Under the pieces are notes generated by a model. The model was not told the origin of the DNA. It did not search any database and worked only from the letters and a program-made list of their open reading frames with translations. From Octopus vulgaris (lineage: Eukaryota), in assembly GCA_951406725.2 (NCBI GenBank), contig OX597831.1, positions 79,670,001-79,734,000 of the forward strand: a DNA stretch of 64,000 bases, in the 5' to 3' direction. Of this stretch, positions 1 to 12,493 are shown in pieces; the stretch's first letter is position 1, and each line of letters starts with the position of its first letter. A program made the translations under genes and the position numbers.

Positions 1-26
1 TTATTATTATTATTATTATTATTATC

Positions 27-88
<62 letters not shown>

Positions 89-108
89 CATTATTATTAT
101 TATTAATG

Positions 109-320
109 AGGCGGTGAGATAGAAGAAGCGTTAGCGGCATTTCGTCCGTCTTTACGTTCTGAGTTCAAATTCCGCTGAGATCGTGTGTCATCCCTTTAGG
201 GTCGATAAAATAAATAATAGTTGAGTAGCGGTGTTGATGCAATCGTCTGTCCCCCCCCCCGCCGCCACTCCCCACTTTCCCAATTTCATATCTTGTACCT
301 TTAGTAGAAAGGTTTATTAC
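109..320 (+). mobile_element. tRNA-derived SINE, family A, short-tail form
   Basis: GGCGGTGAG head, B-box GTTCAAATTCC, central CATCCCTTTAGGGTCGATAAA block and AGTAGAAAGG-(TTA) tail, all shared with many copies in the window. Confidence 0.75.
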
Positions 321-476
321 TCCAAGGCTGATATAATAGAGATTTCGACATTCGGAATTAATATGGAATTACAAAACAAACATACAAAAAAAACTAAAAA
401 GGAATTTTTTGCCACAAAGCCAGACGGTGGTGGCTGGATATATCGACCCCAGTTAATGACTGGAACTTATTTTATC

Positions 477-867
477 GGTGGTGGTGGTGGTGGTGGTAGT
501 GGTGAAGGTGGTGGTGGTGGTGGTGGTGGTGGTGGTGGTGGTGGTGTGGTGGTGGTGGTGTTAGTGGCGGTGGCGGAGACGGCGGTGGTGGTGATGGTGG
601 TGGTAATGGTTGTGGTGGTGGTAGTTGTAGTGTTGTTGTTGTTGGTGGTGGTGGTGTTGGTAGTGGCGGTGGTGGTGATGGTGGTTGTGGTGGTGGTGGT
701 GGTGGTAGTGGTAGTGGCGGTGATGGTGATGTCGGCAGCGTCGGCGGTGGTGGTGGTGGTGGTGATACGAAAACGACGACACTTATCACGATCACAATGA
801 TAATTCTGTTAATGATTTCTTTAATAATAAAATTTATAACAAAACAGCAACTAAAACTATGACGTCC

Positions 868-899
<32 letters not shown>

Positions 900-1036
900 A
901 ATAATAATAATAACGATGATGATGACGATGGCATGGTGATGATGATGACTGACGATGGGGCTGATGATCATGATGATGATGTTGACGATGACGATGAAAA
1001 TGACGTTGATGAAGGTGACGACGACGACGATGACGG

Positions 1037-1076
<40 letters not shown>

Positions 1077-1196
1077 AATTATGATGATGAAAGTGGTGGT
1101 GATGATGATGATGACGATGATGACGACGATGACGTCGACGGCGATGATGATGATGATGATGATGATGATGACGATGATGAGGATGAGGACAACGGC

Positions 1197-1238
<42 letters not shown>

Positions 1239-1756
1239 ATTTTTCAGTTCCTTTTTATCACCTCTTTCTTTTTCTTTAATCATCCGGATGTGCCGACTTT
1301 GGTACGGCAATGATGTCGCGTTTTGAGGAATCTCTTGGTGTTTCTCTTAGAATAATTACACGGATGCCAAAGAAATGGTAAATAGAACGAAAACAACAAC
1401 AAAAAAAAATATCACCAGGAACAATAACAAAACCCTAAACACAAACAACAACAACAACAACAAAAGACAAGGACGACGACGTTGTAGCTTAAAAAAGAAC
1501 AATGAAATCGTACATTAACGATCTAAGAGAACAAGAAGAAGAAGAATAAAACTAATAATAAAATGAAGGTGAAAGAAAAGACAACAGCGACAGCAACAAC
1601 AACAATTTCTACAATAGCAACAATAACAATAGTAAAAGTAGGAGGAGCAGTAACAACAACGACAGCAACAACAGTAAAAACCTAAAAGAACAACAACATT
1701 AACAACAGCAACAAGGATGAAAACATCAGCAAGAACAAGAATGACGACGGAAACAT

Positions 1757-1825
<69 letters not shown>

Positions 1826-1935
1826 TATATTATATATACATATATATGTGTGTGTGTATGCATATGTATATATATATATATATATATATGTTTGTTTGTA
1901 TATTTATATATATATATATACATATATATGTATGT

Positions 1936-2020
<85 letters not shown>

Positions 2021-2026
2021 TATATG

Positions 2027-2083
<57 letters not shown>

Positions 2084-2616
2084 ATGTATGTATGTATGTA
2101 TGTATATGTATATATATATACATATATATATATGTGTTTGTATATATATATATACATATACATATATATATATATATACATATATACATATATATTTATA
2201 TATATTATATATGTATGTATGTATGTATATATATCAACATCGAGATCGACAACAGCAACATCGTCGTCAACGCCAAAACTGTAATTATTATTTATTAAAC
2301 AAAAATAACAACATAAATATATAAAATATAACCATTATTTATAACCATACATAAATAAAATCATTCTGGTTGTTGTTGTTGTTGTTGTTGTCTGATTGAG
2401 TTTGTAAAGAACACCATGGAGATGCGAGTACAAATATTAATTCTATATATAGCAATTATTGTATCTCTTTCAGGAGGGATTTCAAGCTGTGATTTGCCTA
2501 AACTCAAGGGTTCCCTGTGAACATACCGAGGTTCCGTTAGAGAGTACCTAGAAGGGGAGACAATTATAATCGGTCTACTGGGCTGAACATATTATTATTA
2601 TCATTATTATTATTCA

Positions 2617-2647
<31 letters not shown>

Positions 2648-2681
2648 TATTATTATTCATTATTATTATCATTATTATTAT

Positions 2682-2763
<82 letters not shown>

Positions 2764-2803
2764 CATTATTATTATTCATTATCATTATTATTATTATTTA
2801 TTC
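477..2803. repeat. Compound microsatellite field: (GGT)n, (CAA)n, (GAT)n, (TA)n, (ATT)n
   Basis: Directly visible simple repeats; they explain all ORFs at 231-2324. Confidence 0.95.
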
Positions 2804-2971
2804 ATTTGTTGGTTTTATTTTTTGTGTTAAAATATATTTCTTTTCCATAATTCATCCGTATTGTTCGAAAATACTGAACAAAGAACCCGTCTAAACTTCT
2901 TAAAACTTCCAATTCGCCATGTGTGTGTGTGTGTCTGTGTCTGTGTATGTGTGCGTGTGTATATATATACC

Positions 2972-3300
2972 ATAGTATGAGAGTAACGACGAGACCATCA
3001 GATGCTGTTCGCAATGCCCTGATCACAACGCTGGTCACAGTGCCCTTCCAGTTCTCTCTCGATTGCCACATTTTTTCGTATCTTGATCCAAATTGCTTGA
3101 CTAAATCGTTTTCGCATCGTCGTCGAGGCCTGCCAAGTGGCCTTTCAGATCTCCTGGATTCTACTCAGCAACTGCATGGCTCCACCTGTTGTCAGTGAAG
3201 CTTATGACATGTCCGGTCAAGTGGAACAGGTTCTTTCGTTCACACTTCTCCCTTGCCGAATATTTTCCTTTCGTATATAATCTCTTAATGGTCTTCCTAG
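2972..3300 (-). mobile_element. RTE-clade LINE 3' fragment (decayed)
   Basis: Minus strand reads GHVISFTDNRWSHAVAE*NP../RPLGRPRRRC, matching the RTE C-terminal GHV..DNRW...EW.P...RP.GRP..RW motif, with a stop and a frameshift. Confidence 0.7.
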
Positions 3301-3321
3301 CATGCAATATACAAGTATATA

Positions 3322-3554
3322 CAGGACTGGCCAAAAGTCACCCGACAGTAAATCAAAATTCCATAAATACAATCTATAATTCTGTATTGACTCGAATGGG
3401 AAAATGTGTCGCTGAAGAAGGACTTAAGCTTCAACAATTTTCAAGATGTTCCATATTTAGTTGCTTTTATTAAATTCATTCTCTTGTTAAACATAAATAA
3501 ATCTTGGAATTAAATGGTTTTGATTTACTGTCAGGTGACTTTGGATCAACTCTA
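3322..3554. mobile_element. Tc1/mariner-derived MITE
   Basis: ~37-bp imperfect TIRs (CAGGACTGGCCAAAAGTCACCCGACAGTAAATCAAAA / TTTTGATTTACTGTCAGGTGACTTTGGATCAACTCTA) flanked by TA. The interior encodes RMGKCVAEEG, like a transposase C-terminus. Confidence 0.8.
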
Positions 3555-3574
3555 TATGTGTATGTAAATATAGA

Positions 3575-3705
3575 TTTCTTTCGCTTCTCTACCATATGGT
3601 TCTAGGTTCAGTCCCCTTGGGCATGTGTTTCATATACTATAGCCTCAGCCCGACCAAAGACTTGTGAGTGCATCTGGTAGACGGAAAATGAAAGAAGCCC
3701 ATCGT
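3575..3705 (+). mobile_element. SINE family B, partial copy
   Basis: GGTTCAGTCCC...CTTGGGCATGTG...GGTAGACGGAAAATGAAAGAAGCCC, homologous to 3762-4192 and inverted relative to it. Confidence 0.75.
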
Positions 3706-3761
3706 ATATATATATCTTTATATATATATATATATATATACTCTTTACTCTTTTAATTTTT

Positions 3762-3979
3762 TACTCTTTTACTTGTTTCAGTCATTTGACTGCGGCCATG
3801 CTAGGACACCACCTTTAGTCGAGCAAATCGACCCCGGGACTTATTCTTTGTAAGCCCAGTACTTATTCTATCGGTCTCTTTTGCCGAACCGCTAAGTGAC
3901 GGGGACGTAAACACACCAGCATCGGTTGTCAAGCAATGCTAGGGGGACAAACACAGACGCACAAACATATACACACACA

Positions 3980-4025
<46 letters not shown>

Positions 4026-4188
4026 TACGACGGGCTTCTTTCAGTTTCCGTCTACCAAATCCACTCACAAGGCATTGGTCGGCCCAGGGCTATAGTAGAA
4101 GACACTTGCCCAATATGCCACGCAGTGGTACTGAACCCGGAACTATGTGGTTGGTTAGCAAGCTACTTACCACACAGCCACTCCTGCG

Positions 4189-4192
<4 letters not shown>
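3762..4192 (-). mobile_element. tRNA-derived SINE family B (CORE-like), full length
   Basis: Minus strand: GGCGCAGGAGTGGCTGTGTGGTAAG (A-box), GGTTCAGTACC (B-box), TTGGGCAAGTG CORE-like motif, internal (TA)/(TG) tract and GAAACAAGTAAAAGAG tail. Closely similar to 5983-6391. Confidence 0.85.
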
Positions 4193-4239
<47 letters not shown>

Positions 4240-4495
4240 TTCATTAGAAGATATGTTAACCTCCTTAACGTATATATAAACTAAGTTTCATTCGTAAACT
4301 TCTCCACACACAACATGGACTAAAATCTTCTTCAGAAAATACGAAATTACAATAATTTCAATGTCATGATTAGCGAAAGTAAAACCTGTCGACAAACATA
4401 ATCTAAAATATATTTAGATATATATATATATATATGTGTATATATATATATATATATTCTGTTATTTTATACATATATATATATATATATATATA

Positions 4496-5760
4496 CAGTG
4501 GGGCAAAGAGGACGGATGTTTTTGAAATGGCAATTATTCATCCCCGGCCTGAGTGACATATGTCCGACAGGTACCATTCGTTCTGTGGTGTCTTAGCATT
4601 TTTTGTTTCGTTTTAAGTGAAGCCATGGCACGATGGATGTTGCATGTTTGCCTATGATACTTGCGTGAAGAATAACGAGACGGTAACAGCAGTTCAGCGT
4701 GAGTTTCGGCGCCACTTCAACATTCACCGAAATCAGGTTTTTCCCACAATCTTTTCCCACAATCTATCTTCGTACACGAGGCACACTAATGAATAGGGAC
4801 CAGTGGTGGTGTCACGAACAGTACGGGGCCCGGAAAATGTGGAAGACGTCAGAGAAACTTTGGTACGGAATCCAAATTGTTCTGCTCGGTGGCATTCCAA
4901 TGAACTTGGCATCAGTAATCGATCGTTAAGGTGTATTATGAATGAAGACCTGCATTTCCAGCCCTACAGATTGGTGATTAGTCTACAGCTGGAACAATGC
5001 CACTTTGCGCAGCGGCTTAAGTTCGCTCGTCAGATGGAAACGATTTTTGAGGCAAATGACAACTTCATTTTGTTAATGAGTGATGAAGCGCATTCTCATC
5101 ACAATGACAGGGTGAATCAACGGAACTGTCGTTATTAGGCTCTTGAAAGTCCGAGAGAACTGCACGAAAGGCCACTGCACAGCCCAACGTGACGGTCTGA
5201 TGTGCTGTTGGAAAATCTGCAGTCATTGGTCCTTACTGTTTTGAAGACAATAATGGAAATGCTGTTACTGTGAACTCCGAGCGTTATATCGCGATGATAA
5301 ACAATATTTTGTCTGAATTACGACGAAAATGTATGCCTCTTCGACGTGTGTGATTTCAGCAGGATGGAGCGACGGTCCACACAGCCAGAGCATCAATGGA
5401 CGTTCTACGCTCTCTCTTCAGTGACTGCCTCGTTTCCAGGTTTGCTTCTATTCCTTGCCCCGCTCCCTAGTCCCCTTATTTGTTCATGTGTAATTATTTC
5501 TTGTATGGAAAGCTCAAGACACGTGTGCATGTGCATAAGTCCCGTACGTTGGACGATTTGGAGGAAGCTATTCGCGTGGTAGTTACCCAAATCAACAGAG
5601 CAATGCTGGAGATAGTTGAAGTCAACTTCCAAGAATGCCTTCAGAAATGCATCAATGAAAACGGACACCACAGGATGGACATTGTTTTCCACACATATTT
5701 TTGAAAAAGACTAATTCAATATGAACACCTTGATGTCAATAAAATTCATGTGCTGTGTGA
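4496..5760 (+). mobile_element. Tc1/mariner-superfamily transposon (maT/rosa-like DDxD), decayed; transposase pseudogene ~4626-5704
   Basis: TA|CAGTGGGGC left end, with motifs LMSDEAH, VN.RNCRY, FQQDGATVHTA, YFLYGKLK and LQKCINENGHH. It carries several stops and frameshifts, and I found no right TIR. Confidence 0.85.
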
Positions 5761-5982
5761 ACTTTTATACTTGGTACCTGGCTTCATGAATGTTGCTACC
5801 GTTAAAATAACACTACTGATATATAAGAAGCATGACAATCCAAAGTAATGTGATTTTCTGTTCAATGTTGTTCTTCATGGTTTTTGCACACGTGATTAAT
5901 ATGTACGTTTTGCATGTGTGGGTATATGTATGTATATTTGTATATTTTATATATATATATATATGTGTTTATGTGTATATAC

Positions 5983-6391
5983 TCTTTTATTCTTTTACTT
6001 GTTTCAGTCATTTGACTGCGGCCATGCTGGAGCACCGCCTTTAGTCAAGCAAATCAACCCCGGGACTTATTCTTTGGAAGCCCAGTACTTATTCTATCGG
6101 TCTCTTTTACCGAACCGCTAAGTGACGGGGACGTAAACACACCAGCATCGGTTGTCAAGAAATGCTAGGGGGACAAACACAGACACACAAACACACACAC
6201 GCATACATATATATATACATATATACGACAGGCTTCTTTCAGTTTCCGTCTACCAAATCCACTCACAAGGCATTGATCGGCCCGGGGCTATAGCAGAAGA
6301 CACTTGCCCAAGATGCCACGCAGTGGGACTGAACCTGGAACCATATGGTTGGTTAGTAAGCTACTTACCACACAGCCACTCCTGCGCCTAT
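5983..6391 (-). mobile_element. SINE family B, full length
   Basis: Co-linear with 3762-4192. Confidence 0.85.
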
Positions 6392-6404
6392 ATGTATATA
6401 TATA

Positions 6405-6468
<64 letters not shown>

Positions 6469-6591
6469 GGTATTTTGAGTATCTGTTTTACCATTTATCT
6501 TCTTGTTCTTATAGGATTGTATGGGAAGTAGGTTTTTCTTGTATATCAGTATTATTATTATTATATTATTATAACTTTGTAATTATGTATA

Positions 6592-6723
6592 TCCTCTGAC
6601 GAGGCCTTTGGTTATTTAAACAGACAAATATAATCTTTAATACCTAAGACTATACTATAATGGCATATATGAGTAATTTAAGGTGGATTGCCTCTTAACC
6701 ATAGGCTGAAACAGCTGTAAGGA
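6592..6723 (+). ncRNA. Type I hammerhead ribozyme motif (Penelope/retrozyme type) within a ~415-bp element (6469-6885)
   Basis: Stem I TCCT/AGGA, core CTGACGA, stem II GGCCTTTGGTTA/TAACCATAGGCT, GAAA, palindromic stem III CAGCTG, cleavage triplet GTA. Confidence 0.75.
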
Positions 6724-7004
6724 GCAGTTTATTTGCATTATTTTTTATTGTATTATTAATTTGCATATTGATGTATATTGTTTTGTTCGATTTTCATATT
6801 CCTATTTATATAATTAATAAATAATATGAAATTGTAATTTCCGTAAGTTGATGATCGAAATGAATTTGTTCCTCCATTTTCTTATTTGTATATATATATA
6901 TATATATATGCATTTAAGAGACAAGGTATATAGAAAAGGTCTATTCATAATTTCGAACCATAGCTCATTTTTCTACATACATTGTATATTGGTTTCAAAT
7001 TTAG

Positions 7005-7200
7005 ACACTAGGCCGGCAATTTTGAGAGAGGACTCTAGTTGATTTCCTCGACTCCAGTGCTCAACTGGTACTAATTTTAGCAACCTGGAAAGGATGAAAG
7101 GCAAAGCCGACGTTGGCGGCGTTTAAACTTAGAACGAAATGGCGGACGAAGTGCCAAGAACTTTTGTCTGGCGACTTAACGTCTGTGCCAACTCAACACC
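7005..7200 (-). mobile_element. SINE family A
   Basis: GAAAGGATGAAAGGCAAAGCCGAC and ACTGGTACT, the reverse complement of the family A core. Confidence 0.75.
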
Positions 7201-7204
7201 TTAT

Positions 7205-7319
7205 GAAGAAGAAGAAGAAGAAGAAGAAGAAGAAGAAGAAGAAGAAGAAGAAGAAGAAGAAGAAGGAGAAGAAGAAGAAGAAGAAAAAGAAAAAGAAGAA
7301 GAAGAAGAAGAAAAAGAAA

Positions 7320-7350
<31 letters not shown>

Positions 7351-7464
7351 AGAAGAAGAAGAAGAAGATGAAGAAAAAGACGAAGAAAAAGAAGAAGACG
7401 AACAAGAAGAAGAAGAAGAAGAAGAAGAAGAAGAAGAAGAAGAAGAAGAAGAAGAAGAAGAAGA
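7205..7464. repeat. (GAA)n microsatellite
   Basis: Direct observation. Confidence 0.95.
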
Positions 7465-7730
7465 AGGAAATTGTCGCGCTTTGCTACAACGGAACTCAGT
7501 TAAGCCTTCCAATTGAAATTGTTTACTTCAAAACGACAAGAAAAAAGAGGAAACGAGGAAATATTTACAATTTCACCCGTAAAGTTAAATTAAAGAAAAA
7601 AAAAATCCGTTCGATAGTCAGGGCAGCCATCTTTTTTTTTTTCCTTTTTATTTATTTTCCTTGCATATACCGTTTTTGGTGTTGATTCTAAGATTCCTGC
7701 GCGGGCGTGGTTATGTGTGTGTATATTTGC

Positions 7731-7776
<46 letters not shown>

Positions 7777-8204
7777 CCTTTCGATTAGTCAACGGAACTC
7801 AGTTTTTAAACTTCTAGTTTGAAGTTTGGGGACAAACAATCGACGGGGCGCTGCTTTTCTTTTCATTACCAAAAACAAAACAAAATACAAAGCATCACAT
7901 CAGCTTTATTTTTTTTTTTAATCTTTACATGTGTATTTTCTGTTTTTTTTTTTATTGGATTTATTTCTACATCTCTTCTTCTTCCTTCTTTCTTATTTGT
8001 TTTTTTTATAATTACCAAAACCTTCGTGCGTTGGTCTTTGTACTTAGAAATTGCTCAAGTTTTTTTTTTAATTCATTTTCTTGTTTGTTTTGTGTGTTTT
8101 ATTTATTGGTAGCAATCTCCGTTGGTTGGCTGCTTAGATTTTATTCTCTGTTTTGTTTTGTTTTTAATATTATTTTCTTTTTTAAATCTATTTTTCGGTG
8201 TTAC

Positions 8205-8275
8205 CTTTAATTTTGCAACTCGGGGTGGTTCTTACCTTACCTACAAAAGGAAGTTAAGGGGAAAACAAACAGAAG
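8205..8275 (-). other. Candidate 3' splice site directly followed by a 5' splice site (recursive splice site or 36-nt exon at 8205-8240)
   Basis: Minus strand: ...TTTTCCCCTTAACTTCCTTTTGTAG|GTAAGGTAAGAACCACCCCGAGTTGCAAAATTAAAG|GTAACA. Confidence 0.45.
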
Positions 8276-8490
8276 GGGGAAAAAACGGGAAAAAATGAAA
8301 CAGAATAATACAAACAAACAATTGTAATAACAGCAAAGGCACCAATGAAAGGAAGGAAACACAGCAAGGAAATAACTGTGTCTTGGAGAAGGATGTGATT
8401 TAATTTTAAGGAAAGTAACAACGAAAAAAAGGGAAAAAAAGGGAAAGGAAACCGAAGCTGTGAAATATTGAGTAAAGAGACAAATGTGTG

Positions 8491-8589
<99 letters not shown>

Positions 8590-8610
8590 AGTGAGAGAGA
8601 TAGAGAGGGG

Positions 8611-8643
<33 letters not shown>

Positions 8644-8646
8644 TAC

Positions 8647-8694
<48 letters not shown>

Positions 8695-8867
8695 GAACAT
8701 ATATATTAAATACATGCGTATAAATATGTATATATATATATATGTGGATGTATGTATATGTGTATTTACACATAAATGATCACATATATGCATACATACA
8801 TATATACATATACATATATATACACGTATATATATGTTTATGTAGTATGTACGTGTTAATAGGTGTG

Positions 8868-8930
<63 letters not shown>

Positions 8931-9023
8931 ATTCACAGAGAGGGAGAGAGAGAGAGGCAAGGAGCGAGGGAGGGAGAGAGGTAGATAAGTAATATAGTGA
9001 GATACGTCGTCGTCGTCGTCGTC

Positions 9024-9075
<52 letters not shown>

Positions 9076-9099
9076 ATGACAAACAGATAGGAGAGCGTA

Positions 9100-9260
9100 A
9101 CGGAGCGAGAGGGGGATTAAAAAGGCGGATTTCAAAAGATGGCGTGCGTTTTGTTGGGGCGGAGTAAAAACAGCTTTAGTTTCGTAAACCGGTTCGCGCT
9201 GAAAAGAGGAGGGGTACTACGATTATTATTATTATTATTTTATCATTGTTATTATTATTA

Positions 9261-9359
<99 letters not shown>

Positions 9360-9890
9360 TATATTATTATTATTATTATCATCATCTTCACTTTCGTTTT
9401 AATGCACTGATTTTTCGACACTGTGCTATATCATTATTGCTATTATCATTAATGTTCTTATTATTGTTATCAAATTCTTCATCATCATCATTACTATTAC
9501 TATTATTGCCATTATTATTGTTGTTGCTGTCGTTGTTGTTGTCGTTGTTGCTGTTGCTATTACGATTACAGTATATACAGTTCCGTGTTGTCCTTCTCGG
9601 CGTCGTTGGTATGTAGAATAAAAAAGACAAAAGAAAATAAATAAACAAGAACAAACCGGATATCTCAACTGTGAATATGATTATTGTCATCAATGGTTAC
9701 AGCAACAAAACAACAACAACAAAAAAAAACAAGAATAAAATAACATAAAACAACAAGAAAAGAAAACCGATAGACTTGTTAAGATGGCGTCTACGTATCA
9801 AAAGAAATCACTTCCGCTAATAGATGCAGGTAGTGGAACCACGTGATATATCAGGATTACATTACGTAATGCGCATGCGTGAATGTGTGT
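9100..9890. promoter_or_regulatory. Promoter-like motif cluster
   Basis: YY1-type AAGATGGCG at 9136 and 9781, GC box GGGGCGGAGT at 9156, ETS ACTTCCG ~9809, E-box CACGTG 9840, bZIP palindrome ATTACGTAAT 9861 and NRF1-type TGCGCATGCGT 9870. Confidence 0.5.
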
Positions 9891-10058
9891 CTTGTGTTGC
9901 GTGTATTTCAGTCTGTGTCTATATCTTCGTTTTCCTTTTCTTCGTTTGTTTTATTTTATTTTATTTTATTGTTCTTTCCAATTATTGCGTGTTTTAAAGA
10001 TCTGCTTTATCGATGACGTAACGATTCTACTGTGGCTTTGATGGTGATATTTATGCTT

Positions 10059-10104
<46 letters not shown>

Positions 10105-10461
10105 GAAGAGTAGTTGTAGTAGTAGTAGTAGTAGTAGCAAGAGTGTGTGTGTGTGTCTGTGTGGGAGCGCGTGCAGTGTGTGCGTTTCTATGTGAGTGTT
10201 TATGTTCAAAAAAGAATGCGCACAAACATATGTATGTGTAATGTGCTCACGTCATTGTGGAGATTGTGTGTGTATGTGCACGTGCGCGCGTGTGTGTGTG
10301 CAAATGTATAAATTGTAAATGTGTTTGTTTCTGTCTTTCTCTGTGTGTGTGTGTGTGTGTGTGTGTATGAACATATTGGAAATGTCACACAGCTTTTTGG
10401 TGTCCATACATGCATGTTGATGTACATATAAGCGGTTTCACGCATATATACACACACACAA

Positions 10462-10585
10462 GCAGGAGTGGCTGTATGGTAAGTAACTTGCTCCAGGTTC
10501 AGTCCCACTGCGTAGCACCTTGAGTAAGTGTCCTCTACTACAACCTCGGGCCGACGAACGGAAATTGAAAGAAGCCCGTCGTATA
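10462..10585 (+). mobile_element. SINE family B, internally deleted
   Basis: GCAGGAGTGGCTGTATGGTAAG...GGTTCAGTCCCACTGCGT...GAAAGAAGCCCGTCG. Confidence 0.75.
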
Positions 10586-10592
10586 TATGTAT

Positions 10593-10667
<75 letters not shown>

Positions 10668-10924
10668 GGGCATTAATACACATAAAAGCCTCACGCTATG
10701 AGGGACTCTCAAAGTCAAAACTACCATAATGTACGCAGTGAACCGAACGCGACGGAATGCAACTCTAGAAGCGAGTTCTTTAAAAACAGATTCGGCCCCA
10801 TATCATACGATTCCATAATTAGTGCAAAAATACATTTTGTAGTGCAAATTAAAGACCATTTTTATCCACGAAGATATCCAACAAAAAATATAAATAATGG
10901 TAGAATCGTTATTACGCCTGACTC

Positions 10925-11040
10925 TACGTTCTGAGTTCAAATTCCGCCGAGGTCGACTTTACCTTTCATCCTTTCGTATTCGAGAAAATAAGTACCAGTT
11001 GAACCCTGAGGTCGACGTAATCAACTCATACCCCACAACA
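10925..11040 (+). mobile_element. SINE family A, partial
   Basis: TACGTTCTGAGTTCAAATTCCGCCGAGGTCGACTTT...AAGTACCAGTT followed by (ATT)n. Confidence 0.8.
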
Positions 11041-11048
11041 ATTATTAC

Positions 11049-11121
<73 letters not shown>

Positions 11122-11999
11122 GACTTTGAACAGCTTCAAACGCTGGAGATATACAACGGTTTCAGCTGTTCACTACCAGTGAACTAAGGTAACACCTCTT
11201 ACTTTTCGAACATCTTCCGGAAACAGATGAACAAAAGGCAATATTATTGTTGTTGTTGTTGTTGTTGTTATTTTTTATTATGCCTTGTCTGTTTTGTCTG
11301 TCCTCGTATCGTCCCCTCTTTTTCTCAAACTCATGGTTAATAAAGAAGTTGAGTGTACATCGCGAATATTTACCACTCAGTAGGATTGAAAACGTTCTTT
11401 GCTTTGTTCCTGTTGGAACTATCCCATATATTATTGTTGTGCATCTTGTTCCAAAAACGGCTGTGAGAAGGGACCTGTGGTTATATCGGCCGAGTAACTT
11501 GCGGCCCGGTAGGAAGCCGCATTTTGGGGGAATTTTTTGGTGACAGATTAATTTTAAGCCGTATCTCAATTAAAAAATGGCTTCACGTGACGAAAAGTAG
11601 TGAATAGCAAGATAAAATGAAAGGAAAGAAGAGTTGCAAAGTGGTGTGAGGAAATTTCCTGTTTAATTCTTCAAATTATATTTTCCGGGGATTTTTTTAA
11701 TTGAAAAATCCGAGGAAAATATGAACAAAAGCGAAGCGAACACCACAACCCTATACATGACCCCCTTTTATAAATATGACCCATATATTTTTTATGAAAT
11801 AAAATATGACCCATATATTTTTTATGAAATAATATCACTGATGTGGATGAACACAGCATGTATGTGTACATTCGTATGCATGTATGCATGTGTGTATATA
11901 TATATATATATATACATGTAATTGTGGATGTATACGTGTTCGTATATGTATGTTTGTAGATAGATAGGTAGATAGACAGACAGATACATAGATAGATAA

Positions 12000-12031
<32 letters not shown>

Positions 12032-12041
12032 GTAGATAGAC

Positions 12042-12090
<49 letters not shown>

Positions 12091-12493
12091 TATAGATAGA
12101 CAGACAGATAGACAGACAGACAGACAGGCAGACAGATAATATATATATATAGAGAGATAGATAGATACATACATACATACATAACAAATAGTGAGGGATT
12201 ATCAATCCGAGAAAACTATTTCATAAGCTCTCTGTTGACACACCAGGCTAACAATATTATTCAGCCAGTCCTCCAGGGCTGGACGGACGCAAGTCAAATG
12301 AGCTCCAAGTAAGCTGGTAGTTTTCTACGTTTAAAATTGTTGACTGTCAAACATTTTATGTCTAAAAGGTGTACAGCAACACCCAACACATACTTTCATT
12401 AACATTCACACGAAATTTCGCCCTTTGTGGGCAAAATTTTAAAAAATTCTCAAAGGCTTCGTGGTTTTATGTTAGCCATATTTATTTTCAAAA

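Noticed and set aside
231-2324. Poly-V/H/D/M/I and (YI)n ORFs, and similar ORFs throughout the window
   Set aside because: They are translations of microsatellites, open in several frames and on both strands.
7113-7685. Poly-Lys and poly-Glu ORFs
   Set aside because: A (GAA)n tract with starts inside a SINE.
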